Of a DNA stretch of 64,000 nucleotides, positions 1-8,986 are shown one piece after another; positions within the stretch are counted from its first letter, which is position 1; every line of letters starts with the position of its first letter. Under the pieces are notes generated by a model. The model had not been told where the DNA came from, searched no databases, and saw nothing but the letters and a program-made list of their open reading frames with translations. Source of the DNA: an uncultured Rhizobiaceae bacterium (lineage in GTDB: Bacteria > Pseudomonadota > Alphaproteobacteria > UBA828); the NCBI GenBank assembly GCA_964429775.1, contig CAYSDJ010000002.1, positions 60,859 to 124,858 of the forward strand. Reading direction: 5' to 3'. The position numbers and the translations under genes were made by a program.

Positions 1-233
1 TGCCGGTACTGGCAGTGCTGAATCGGGAATCCGACGGCAATGCGATGGTCCGCGCGGCCGACTGCGGCTTGGCCGTGCCCTCGGACGATAAAGAAGCCAT
101 CGCCGATGCCATCCGGACGATGTATGAGAGCAGCGCCCGGCTTGCCGAATGGGGAGCGCAGGGCCAAGCCTATGTCGATAAAAATTTTGAAAAGGCCGCA
201 GTGATTTCAGAGCTGGAAAAATATTTGGCTTAA
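1..233 (+). CDS. Glycosyltransferase (GT-B, group-1/GT4-like), C-terminal fragment. The 5' end lies upstream of the window.
   Basis: The frame stays open back to nt 3 (..PVLAVLNRESDGNAMVRAADCGLAVPSDDKEAIADAI..). This resembles the C-terminal tail of group-1 glycosyltransferases. The stop overlaps the convergent radical SAM gene stop by 4 nt. Confidence 0.45.
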   Translation, partial: PVLAVLNRESDGNAMVRAADCGLAVPSDDKEAIADAIRTMYESSARLAEWGAQGQAYVDKNFEKAAVISELEKYLA

Positions 234-1786
234 AGCCGCTTGGCGTACTCGCCATATTGGCGGAAGAATACTTGGTTCCTGACACCTTTCAGCGCCGAAA
301 ACAGAATCTTCTTGAGGAACCATTTGTTGCGCAGGCCCAGGCCCAAAAAATATGAAAACATTTTCGGGCTGGTCAGCATCCGCTTCAGGGTGATCGCCGT
401 CTTTTGCCGGTTGGCATAATTGTAGAGCGCCTGGATGTAATCCGGATCGAACTCATCCGTCTTGATCGTATTTGCGCGCGGCGGCGCGCTCAGCGTATTG
501 CCGTGCAGAAGGTCATGCTCGACAACCGTGTCATAGAGTTCCGTGCCCGGCAGCGGATTGGCCATGGAGAATGTTGGATAAACACCATAGCGCCGGTATT
601 TGTCGATCGCGTAATCGACATTCGCTTTGATCTCCGCCGCCGTCTCGCCCGGGAGGCCGAGGACAAAAAAGGCAGAGAGCGGCAGGCCGACCTTCTGGCA
701 CGCCGCCATGACCGGCTCGACCTTGCTGAGATCGAGCTTTTTCTTGACCACTTCGTCGATGACGCGCTGCACCGATGATTCAATGGCGATGCAAAGATGC
801 TGGCAGCCGGATTTCTTGGTGCGCTCGATGCGTTCCAATGTCCATGAATCCGCCCGCACGCCATTTGGCGTGTCCCACGGAATGATTTTCTCCATGTCAA
901 TGAGCGCATCGAGCAATTCCTCGAAGCGCGGAATATCATGGGTGAAATTGTCGTCTTCGAAATGGATGTAATCGATATTGTAATTGTCGATGAGATGCCT
1001 GATATGCGCCTGGACATATTCCGGCGAATGATGGCGGAATTTATAGCCCATGGTCGATTGAATCGAACAGAAGACGCATTGATGCGGGCAGCCGCGGCTG
1101 GTCAGGATGGTGACGGCACGCTTGCCATATTCGCGCACGCGCGGCGCGTAGCCATGCGATTGGAGATGAAAATAGCGGTCAATATCGACCAGATCATAGG
1201 CCGGTATCGGCAGATCATCGAGATTCGGAATAAACTTGATCGGCGCTTTCTTATTGGGCCTGAGCAGGTCCGCATCGGCGGCACTGCCTAGAATACCCTG
1301 CAACGATATGGCTTCGCCATTCTCCAACGCCTCGAGAAGATAGTGCAGGCGCTGCTCGCCCTCGCCCATTACGACATAATCAAGCGCTTCTTCCTCGATC
1401 ATTTTCAACGGAAAAGAAGATGCGTGCGGCCCGCCAAGAACGGTCACCGCCTCGGGACAGGTTTTTTTCGAAAGCCGCGCCGCTTCCAGGGCGCCCTGGA
1501 TTTGCCAGGAAAACATGTTGGATATGGCAACGACATCGGGCGCGTACTGGCGGATGGTTTGCGCCACACTGTCCCAGCTATCGCCAAAGGTCGTGCTGCC
1601 GTCCGGATATGATGTGGTCTTGGCACCGAGGCGCGCATCATAGACACGCATATCACCTGCCCATTCCATTTTTCGCAAATAGGCCGCCATGTAGAGCGAA
1701 CCCAGCGGTATGGAAACCGTGGGTGCAACATCGATTCCATCGGTGCTCCGAATAATCTGCGGCGGGATAAGGAAAAGAAGCTTCAT
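230..1786 (-). CDS. Class B (B12-binding domain) radical SAM enzyme
   Basis: 518-aa ORF. An N-terminal cobalamin-binding-like segment (DVVAISNMFSWQIQGALEAARL..VLGGPHASSFP) is followed by the CxxxCxxC cluster motif RGCPHQCVFCS. Confidence 0.85.
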   Translation of the reverse strand: MKLLFLIPPQIIRSTDGIDVAPTVSIPLGSLYMAAYLRKMEWAGDMRVYDARLGAKTTSYPDGSTTFGDSWDSVAQTIRQYAPDVVAISNMFSWQIQGALEAARLSKKTCPEAVTVLGGPHASSFPLKMIEEEALDYVVMGEGEQRLHYLLEALENGEAISLQGILGSAADADLLRPNKKAPIKFIPNLDDLPIPAYDLVDIDRYFHLQSHGYAPRVREYGKRAVTILTSRGCPHQCVFCSIQSTMGYKFRHHSPEYVQAHIRHLIDNYNIDYIHFEDDNFTHDIPRFEELLDALIDMEKIIPWDTPNGVRADSWTLERIERTKKSGCQHLCIAIESSVQRVIDEVVKKKLDLSKVEPVMAACQKVGLPLSAFFVLGLPGETAAEIKANVDYAIDKYRRYGVYPTFSMANPLPGTELYDTVVEHDLLHGNTLSAPPRANTIKTDEFDPDYIQALYNYANRQKTAITLKRMLTSPKMFSYFLGLGLRNKWFLKKILFSALKGVRNQVFFRQYGEYAKRL

Positions 1787-1985
1787 GGGTTTATTTCGAT
1801 TTTCGATATTGCTCTCAGGCTGTCACCATAGCTTAGTACGGGCCTGGAGTACCATATAGACCAGAATGTCTGAAATGCGAATCCGCCGCAAGAACGGAAA
1901 GTTCGGGGCGAGGTCTATTGCCCCTTCCTTGGCGATTGCCTATAAGAATCGCGGGCATTGGGCCAAATTTCAAAGGAAATAATAA

Positions 1986-3044
1986 ATGGGGGAAGACCCG
2001 CTCGGCCGCTATAAGGACACGCCGGTTCTGGTTACCGGCGGCGCCGGCGCAATCGGCGGCAATCTGGTACGCGCGCTGGCTGAGGCGGGTGCCAAACCGG
2101 TTGTCGTGCTGGATGATCTGTCTTCATCCTACCAATGGAATATCCCCAACTATCCAAATGTCCTGTTCGTCAAAGGCGACATCCGCGACGACGAATCCTT
2201 AAAGCGGGTGTTTCGTTTGCGGCCCAGGGTGGTTTTTCATCTCGCCGCCTTCTTTGCCAATCAGAATTCGGTGGATTATCCCGAAACTGATATTTTGGTC
2301 AGTGGCCTCGGCACGATCAAGGTTTTGGAGCATGCCGTGCTCACCGATGTCGAGCGTTTTGTCTATGCCGGCTCGGGCTGCGCCATTTATGGCGCCCAGG
2401 CGCCACTGCCCCTAAAAGAGGAATTTGTCTCCCTTCACCTCTCCACACCCTATCAAATCTCAAAGATGACCGGCGAGCTCTACTGCAATTTTTATTGGCA
2501 CCATTACGGCCTGAAAGTTGTGAAAACTAGATTCTTCAACTCCTACGGCCCCGGTGAAGTGCCCGGGCAGTACCGCAATGTCATTCCCAACTTTATCTAC
2601 TGGGCAATGCAGGGCCGGGCGCTGCCGATTACCGGCTCGGGCAAGATGACGCGCGATTTCACTTTTGTTGGCGATATCGTGGCTGCGCTGCTGAGTGCCG
2701 GACATGCTGAAGCCGCCGTCGGCAAGGAAATGAATATCGCCTCCGGCGTGGAAACGGAAATTGTCTGGTTGGCCGAAAAAATCAATGAGCTGACCGGCAA
2801 CAAGGCGGGTATCGCTTACACCGACCGGCGCAAATGGGACACCAAATCACGTCTGATGGCGAGTATCGATATCGCCCGCGAGGTGCTCGGCTACGAGCCC
2901 CATACAGCTTTCGACGACGGCCTGGAGCAAACCCTCAAATGGTTTCGCGACAATTGGGAGAATATCGATTCAAGCGCGGAATTTCCTCCCGGCATGTCCT
3001 CTGCGGTAAAGAATTTCACATCGTCGAAGAGTGCAGATAGTTGA
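1986..3044 (+). CDS. NAD-dependent nucleotide-sugar epimerase/dehydratase (extended SDR, UDP-glucuronate decarboxylase / 4,6-dehydratase-like)
   Basis: Glycine-rich NAD motif VLVTGGAGAIGGNL near the N-terminus and catalytic YxxxK (YQISK). 352 aa. Confidence 0.8.
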   Translation: MGEDPLGRYKDTPVLVTGGAGAIGGNLVRALAEAGAKPVVVLDDLSSSYQWNIPNYPNVLFVKGDIRDDESLKRVFRLRPRVVFHLAAFFANQNSVDYPETDILVSGLGTIKVLEHAVLTDVERFVYAGSGCAIYGAQAPLPLKEEFVSLHLSTPYQISKMTGELYCNFYWHHYGLKVVKTRFFNSYGPGEVPGQYRNVIPNFIYWAMQGRALPITGSGKMTRDFTFVGDIVAALLSAGHAEAAVGKEMNIASGVETEIVWLAEKINELTGNKAGIAYTDRRKWDTKSRLMASIDIAREVLGYEPHTAFDDGLEQTLKWFRDNWENIDSSAEFPPGMSSAVKNFTSSKSADS

Positions 3045-3102
3045 ATATTTAGCGCCAAGCGCCGGCGATGAGACAAACCAGGATCAGGGCGGTTAGCCGT
3101 TG

Positions 3103-3849
3103 ATGTTAAAATTGCTTACCGAAATTTTTATTTTGCCGCCATTCAACTTGATCCTTTTGGCGGCATTTGGGCTTGTCCTATTGCGGTGGCGCCGGCGGGC
3201 CGGAATTATCACCGTATCCGTAGCGCTGGTTCTCCTCTACGCCTTCAGCACCCCGCTCATGAGCGACTTTATTGCCCATTCGGTCCGCACCGACGAAGCA
3301 CCGGCAACAGTGGCCGACGAAGAATCGCACGCACAGGCAATCGTGATTTTGGGCGCCGGTAAGTATCTGAATGCACCGGAATATTTCGGTGACTCAATCC
3401 GAGGTCACGCACTAGAGCGTGTTCGCTACGGCGCATTTCTACACCGCAGAACCGGCAAACCAATCCTCGTCAGTGGCGGTGATACCCGAGGAAGCGGCAG
3501 CACCGAGGCCGAGCTGATGCGCGCGGTTTTGGAATCTGAACTGGGCGTCACCGTAACGTGGTCGGAAGACGCATCCGACAACACATTCGAGAGCGCCGAA
3601 TTCAGTTGGGCGCTTCTGAGCCAGGAAGGAATTGCGGCAATCTACCTTGTCACCCATTCCAGTCATATGGCGCGGGCAAAAAGAGTATTTGAGCAGGCTG
3701 GGTTCCGGGTTACTCCGGCGCCAACAATTTTCTTCGGTCCTCACGACTTGCAGGTGTTGGATTTTTTGCCGCGTGACAATGCAATGATCGTCAGCAACCG
3801 CGCCCTCAAAGAACTGATCGGCCGTGCATGGTACGCCATTCGGTACTGA
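3103..3849 (+). CDS. YdcF/ElyC-like DUF218 domain protein with N-terminal membrane anchor
   Basis: Hydrophobic N-terminus (two predicted helices), then DUF218-like signatures AIVILGAG .. ILVSGG .. YLVTHSSHMARA. The track start at 3100 is TTG immediately followed by ATG at 3103. Confidence 0.6.
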   Translation: MLKLLTEIFILPPFNLILLAAFGLVLLRWRRRAGIITVSVALVLLYAFSTPLMSDFIAHSVRTDEAPATVADEESHAQAIVILGAGKYLNAPEYFGDSIRGHALERVRYGAFLHRRTGKPILVSGGDTRGSGSTEAELMRAVLESELGVTVTWSEDASDNTFESAEFSWALLSQEGIAAIYLVTHSSHMARAKRVFEQAGFRVTPAPTIFFGPHDLQVLDFLPRDNAMIVSNRALKELIGRAWYAIRY

Positions 3850-4044
3850 TGTTGAGATTTCGTGATTTTACGCTAGGTGGAGGTATGATCAACAATCGGA
3901 AAACACCATGGACAGGCTGTCATGCTGTCCAACAGATTTGACCCATCCCAGAATATCTCTGAGTTGTCATCACGGACCGGCTGGTTTCGCAGCACTAATA
4001 ATTTTAAATCCATTCCGGCAATCTTATTTGTTCCGGGGACATAT

Positions 4045-5400
4045 TTAGGCTGATTTTTTGTAGATGGGGATATTATTAAGTTCTGTTTTATCAGCGCGCC
4101 GTGCGGCGCCAACAGCTAATACTAACATCAAGACCACCCAGAATATCACACCGAATCTCGACGCGGTAATTACAGGAGACCCAACGCCTGACAAAAGTAC
4201 AAATAAACCAAGAATCGTCAGGAGCCGCCCCGTTTCTATTCCGCGATACCACTCATTGGCACCCAGATACAACATTGTCGCTATAAATCCCAAATAAAGC
4301 AGTAGCGAAACGATACCACCCTGCATAAAATATTGAAGATAAGCGCTGTCTACAACGCTTAAATAAGCGAATCCAAGACCCTGTATCGGCGCGACTTCCC
4401 AAATATAAGGAAAGATTCCGCCTATCGAAAAATCATCATTAATTCCATATCGAATAGAAACAAAATGTAAAAATAGTGTAACCGGAGTATGTTTTGTGCC
4501 GCTGGTAAACAACTCCAGAATAAGTCTAGCTCCAATCCACGATTCTACAAAAATCACTACTGCACCTATTGCCGTCAATAGAACGGTTAATATTTTCCAT
4601 GATATTCGAGGGCTAACTCTCCCTGGCACCATCCAATAAATAATAAACAGTGGCAAACCTCCAAATAAAAATGTCTTAGAAACACTAACTGTGCCGCCAA
4701 CAACGATCAATCCCCCAAGTAACAACATCATGATCGATATTTGTTTTGTTTTACGTACTTGAAATGTCCACATTATTAAGGCCAATGTATAAGCATGGCC
4801 AGCTGTCGCCGGAAAATCGAAAATGCCGGTAAATCTGCCAGTCCCGGAATCCAATTGATCTGGTATTTCTCCCGTGATAACTTCTTCACGTAGAAAATAA
4901 TTTGTTATAGGTGCTGTATTCAAAAACACAGACGCCAACGCAATTAACGCATTTATTGCCATCAACGCAATCAGTATCTTTGCAACTTTATCTAACAATA
5001 TCTGTGTGTTTAAAGAGCTATATTTTCTTACGACCGCTCCGATAATTATAATCATAACAATAGTTTGAAAATAATTTTCGAAACCGCCAACTTCGTCCCA
5101 AAATGTACGGGATGAGTTTGTCACATGAGAGGGTACACCACCTGATGTTACCACCAGAGTCCAGATGGTAATAAAGCTAAAAATAGATAGTAGGAAAAGA
5201 ACTGGCTTGTAAAATAAAAGAGACTTTCCGCCGACGCATAAAATACCCAATGCTATCGGCAACAAAACGTACATAAATACTTGTTCTGTACCGACTCCGA
5301 TACTCGGCATTAATAGTGGACCAAATGCCGACACCATTAAAAACGATGGTACATAGCGCCCGGTTCCAAGCTGTCTGAGTTCAGTGACCATTAGGCCCAC
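4045..5400 (-). CDS. Polytopic inner-membrane protein, O-antigen polymerase/ligase (Wzy-like) candidate
   Basis: 451-aa ORF made almost entirely of hydrophobic spans (roughly 10-12) with one larger loop. AT-rich codon usage, typical of serotype-specific wzy genes. No diagnostic motif, so the call rests on topology and context only. Confidence 0.5.
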   Translation of the reverse strand: MGLMVTELRQLGTGRYVPSFLMVSAFGPLLMPSIGVGTEQVFMYVLLPIALGILCVGGKSLLFYKPVLFLLSIFSFITIWTLVVTSGGVPSHVTNSSRTFWDEVGGFENYFQTIVMIIIIGAVVRKYSSLNTQILLDKVAKILIALMAINALIALASVFLNTAPITNYFLREEVITGEIPDQLDSGTGRFTGIFDFPATAGHAYTLALIMWTFQVRKTKQISIMMLLLGGLIVVGGTVSVSKTFLFGGLPLFIIYWMVPGRVSPRISWKILTVLLTAIGAVVIFVESWIGARLILELFTSGTKHTPVTLFLHFVSIRYGINDDFSIGGIFPYIWEVAPIQGLGFAYLSVVDSAYLQYFMQGGIVSLLLYLGFIATMLYLGANEWYRGIETGRLLTILGLFVLLSGVGSPVITASRFGVIFWVVLMLVLAVGAARRADKTELNNIPIYKKSA

Positions 5401-5551
5401 TATAATTCATCATGTTATAAACGCTCTCTTATCTTCCAGCATACACCGAAAAAGAAGTGAATGGTGTAGATACAGTGATTTTATTTCGATAATAATTGTT
5501 TCTTGTAATAATTTTTAATATCGGAAGATAATATATACATATTTAGTTATG

Positions 5552-6592
5552 TTATTTTGTCTGATCTAATTCCTCATAGTGAGATGTTATATGTATATTT
5601 ATTTTTTCAACGTCATTCACCTTGCGAAAAACGAAATAGGCGTACCATTCACTACTCGTGTTGTCGTGAATAAAAGAACGCCTCAGATATCTCCACTTGC
5701 GATTTGCATATACTATTTTTAGAAATATTTCCTCCCCAAGCCAGTTACTTAGTAACTCTTTAACCCTTTTTCTAACACTCATGGGCGTTATGTTCTCTAC
5801 GGACTCGGTACCAACGCGGGAGGAGTCAACGGTCGGTGAGTACGCCTTGTCACCGGAGCGTGCTGGATAAAGAATACTATCACATCGTCTGACCGCCGGG
5901 CGATTTCTGCGAGCAGTATTGATTGTTTTGAGTATGGTAATGAGAAGATCACCGAGCGGTAGCAGAACGAATATCGGTGTCCCTTTAGTGGCAAACCGCC
6001 GATAAGGTAGAATTGTGCCCTTAGGGTTGATCAAAAATGCACGTTCCAGCTGAAATCCGTTTCCCGTATGAAAATCGATTAGGAAATTTGGCGACGGATT
6101 TAAGTCAAAGCGGTTTGTGTGATCACCAACCGTTGTAACAACAATCTTTATTCCGCCGGTTTTAGTCATTTTCGACGTATTCGAATAAGATTGAATAATA
6201 TTTGTCACATAAGTTGATGTAATATCAAGAACGAGGTCGTATTGTTGATGACACTCCGTCGATATCGGGTGAGATAAATCACACACTATATCCGCTCTGT
6301 CATAGATATCTATGTCTGAATATTTATCGTATCCAAATGATTTTAATACTTGAGAAGCGAGTTTATTACTCGAACGATAATATTGATTGCCTCCGCTGCA
6401 CATGTGCGCTGACATCTCTTCGTCAGAGATAGTCTGGATACCATACTTTCGAAGATATTTCCGGGTAAATAGAACATCATGTGCGCCCGTCGCTGCAGCT
6501 GAATAAATGGTTGACGCATTCACCTCATCCGTTTTGCGAATAAGGTCGGATACATTGTTTAATATATGCAGCCAAGTATTAGCATAAGACAT
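5552..6592 (-). CDS. Hypothetical protein (orphan, AT-rich). Possibly a degenerate Rossmann/methyltransferase-like fold.
   Basis: Uninterrupted 346-aa ORF in an AT-rich region where random stops are frequent, so it is likely real. I recognise no family motif. The segment DIYDRADIVCDLSHPI..YDLVLDITS only vaguely recalls class I MTase motifs. Confidence 0.45.
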   Translation of the reverse strand: MSYANTWLHILNNVSDLIRKTDEVNASTIYSAAATGAHDVLFTRKYLRKYGIQTISDEEMSAHMCSGGNQYYRSSNKLASQVLKSFGYDKYSDIDIYDRADIVCDLSHPISTECHQQYDLVLDITSTYVTNIIQSYSNTSKMTKTGGIKIVVTTVGDHTNRFDLNPSPNFLIDFHTGNGFQLERAFLINPKGTILPYRRFATKGTPIFVLLPLGDLLITILKTINTARRNRPAVRRCDSILYPARSGDKAYSPTVDSSRVGTESVENITPMSVRKRVKELLSNWLGEEIFLKIVYANRKWRYLRRSFIHDNTSSEWYAYFVFRKVNDVEKINIHITSHYEELDQTK

Positions 6593-6659
6593 TAATTTAT
6601 ATTCTCCGGTATTTTATTAAGTTATCGCTTTACATATGACGACTTTTCGCCTGAGCGGT

Positions 6660-6955
6660 TTAATTATTACGATTAATCGAAAGAAACATTTCTTCCGAAA
6701 TCGAAACAATTTTATCTGGAACAGCGCCGGGCGTGAAATGTTTATCATAGGTTTTGTGCCCGCCCTGGCGAAGCCTTCGGTTTAATTCACTATCAAGGCA
6801 AGCGCGCATAACCAAAGACGCTATTTCGAGCGCCTACGCCCCCACTAGCACATTCTCACATTGATCAAATTCCGGATGCGCTTCCAAACTGCCTTCATGA
6901 ACAACCAGACACAGGCCGGGGACCCATGCCATTATTTGCCAGCTAAAAATTGACT
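6660..6955 (-). pseudogene. Decayed third copy of the tandem GT4-like glycosyltransferase family (C-terminal ~95 codons only, with an in-frame stop)
   Basis: Minus-strand translation reads ..QIMAWVPGLCLVVHEGSLEAHPEFDQCENVLVGA*ALEIASLVMRACLDSELNRRLRQGGHKTYDKHFTPGAVPDKIV..*. It is colinear with the C-termini of the ORFs at 7553-8899 and 8987-10375. In-frame TAG at 6834-6836. No N-terminal part is present. Confidence 0.8.
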
Positions 6956-7552
6956 GTTGTGATGGACACTCCCATATTCTCCCTCTGAGACTAAAAGATA
7001 ACTGTTAATTCAGATATTTTGCTTCACACCCAATATCTAATATTTATATTATTCATTAAAGTTATGTCATTTTGTCTTTTGATGCAAGATTATAAATATT
7101 TTTATTATCTCAGCCCGTTCCGCATTAATGTGGGATGAAACATTGACAAAAGAGAACGCATATTCTTGCTAATGTGTGGGAAATGAAACTTTTTCTCTAT
7201 TTATTTACTGCCGGGCGGATACAGCGTATATAGCTTTAAGTACTAAGAAATGTATAAACAAAGTCGTCGAGAGATAGCAATATGGGAACCGATATTCCAT
7301 TGACCGATTCTCCTTCTTAATTACTTATCGTTTGAGATCTATCATATTATTAAAAACAAAACTTCATATTAGCTCAATAGGGCGCTCTCATATGGCAGTT
7401 ATTTACAGCTACTATGCATATTCTGGTCTACATAACATAAATAGTAATTCATTTTTTCATAACTAATGAGTGTCTCAGCAATGTTATGTTATTATATAAA
7501 AATAAGTGGCGTTACCTTATTATAATTTAACGTAGTCCGTATTTTGCAGATT

Positions 7553-8899
7553 TTATTTTACAACATCTTTCATTACCGCTATTATTTTTTTAGAAATAGC
7601 CAAAGGCGTAAAATGTTTGTCAAAAGTGTCGCGTCCTCCTTCACAAAGTTTTCGATTTCGTTTTTTATCTAGACAGGCGCTCCTAACCAGAGATGCTATT
7701 TCTGATGCTGACGCCCCCACCAAAGCATTTTTACCATGTTCGAGCTCCGGCAGCGCCTCCTTACTTCCTTCATGTACAACGAGACATAGACCCAAAGCCC
7801 AAGCCATTATTTGTCTGCTAAATATCGCTTTGGCCGGCCCTACATTGTTCAAAAATAGAAATACATTAGAGTCCATCAACTCCACATCTAGATCTTCTAC
7901 ATATCCTCGAACAATAACGTTTTTCTGCTTCAATTTCGCTTGTATGGGCTTTGCCAAGGCACCACCTCCGATAATATGTACCTCGAACTGATAACCTTTC
8001 ATTTCTTGATGCAGCTCCGGCATAAGCTTTTGGAGTAAATATTCGAGGCCAAACGTGGATGCCGTCGAATTGAGAAAACCAACATGACCAATAATCTTAA
8101 ACGGCTTTGCTATACTACCATCACGTGCCAATGAAGATCGATAATCAATCGTAGAAATTGGTTGATTGGTCCACGTCGTTCCGACATATGTGACCTTCGG
8201 ATGGCCCATATCTTTATAATACTGAACATTATTTGCCGATGCTGACACAATGGCATCCGCGCAAAGTGACACATATTTATGGCTCTTTTCATAATTTTGA
8301 AAACGTCGTCGCCTTATATATTTAGCGATCCGGTGTCGCATGTGATATTTTTTCTTGGTACTTGAATCATGAAACAATCTTTCATAGTTTAATCGTACTT
8401 TATCCGACATAAAGTCAATGTCACCTTGAAAAATAATTGTCGGATATTCCTTGACTGTCGCTATGGCACTGGCTCCATGTGGAGATACAACAGCAAGTAA
8501 TATATCGGGTTTAAACTGATCAGCAACTTCCGTTAATTTGGTTCCCATATTTATAGCGGGATAAAATGACCGTATCGAGTATATCCCACAAAGTTTTTTA
8601 ATATTACGATAAATCCGGGATATATAATGATGGCGAGTTCGTGTAACTGTTTTTTCATTCACAATAATCGGAGATAAAATGGAAAAATTACCTTTTTTGC
8701 AAGACTCAATTAAAAAGGGATCATTTACCCCCTTGTGGGAAAGTATTGAATTACTTTCTACGACTGGCAAAAAGGCAATATCGTGACCCATATTTGACAT
8801 TGCATGGGCCATTAAGAATAGTTGAATGTTAAGAGCGGTAACACCTGTATGTTTAACAGTATCATACGGCATATCTTGTACTACAATTATAATTCTCAT
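7553..8899 (-). CDS. Glycosyltransferase, GT-B/GT4-like (tandem paralog A)
   Basis: 448 aa. C-terminal half has the GT4-type pattern (..VRGYVEDLDVELMDSNVFLFLNN..VVHEGSKEALPELEHGKNALV, an ExxxxxxxE motif). Clear paralog of 8987-10375. Confidence 0.7.
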   Translation of the reverse strand: MRIIIVVQDMPYDTVKHTGVTALNIQLFLMAHAMSNMGHDIAFLPVVESNSILSHKGVNDPFLIESCKKGNFSILSPIIVNEKTVTRTRHHYISRIYRNIKKLCGIYSIRSFYPAINMGTKLTEVADQFKPDILLAVVSPHGASAIATVKEYPTIIFQGDIDFMSDKVRLNYERLFHDSSTKKKYHMRHRIAKYIRRRRFQNYEKSHKYVSLCADAIVSASANNVQYYKDMGHPKVTYVGTTWTNQPISTIDYRSSLARDGSIAKPFKIIGHVGFLNSTASTFGLEYLLQKLMPELHQEMKGYQFEVHIIGGGALAKPIQAKLKQKNVIVRGYVEDLDVELMDSNVFLFLNNVGPAKAIFSRQIMAWALGLCLVVHEGSKEALPELEHGKNALVGASASEIASLVRSACLDKKRNRKLCEGGRDTFDKHFTPLAISKKIIAVMKDVVK

Positions 8900-8986
8900 C
8901 TAACCGACCAGCACCTATAACTATGTTAATCTAATTATAATTATATAACTCTAGCCTATTATAATTTGTGAGAGTAAATAGACTTC

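Noticed and set aside
3910-3930. Short hairpin ggacag-N9-ctgtcc downstream of the DUF218 gene
   Set aside because: The stem is only 6 bp and has no following T-run, which is too weak to call an intrinsic terminator.
3873-4112. 79-aa minus-strand ORF overlapping the 3' end of the Wzy-like gene
   Set aside because: It overlaps the Wzy-like ORF in another frame, has no motif, and lies at the GC/AT junction. It is likely spurious.
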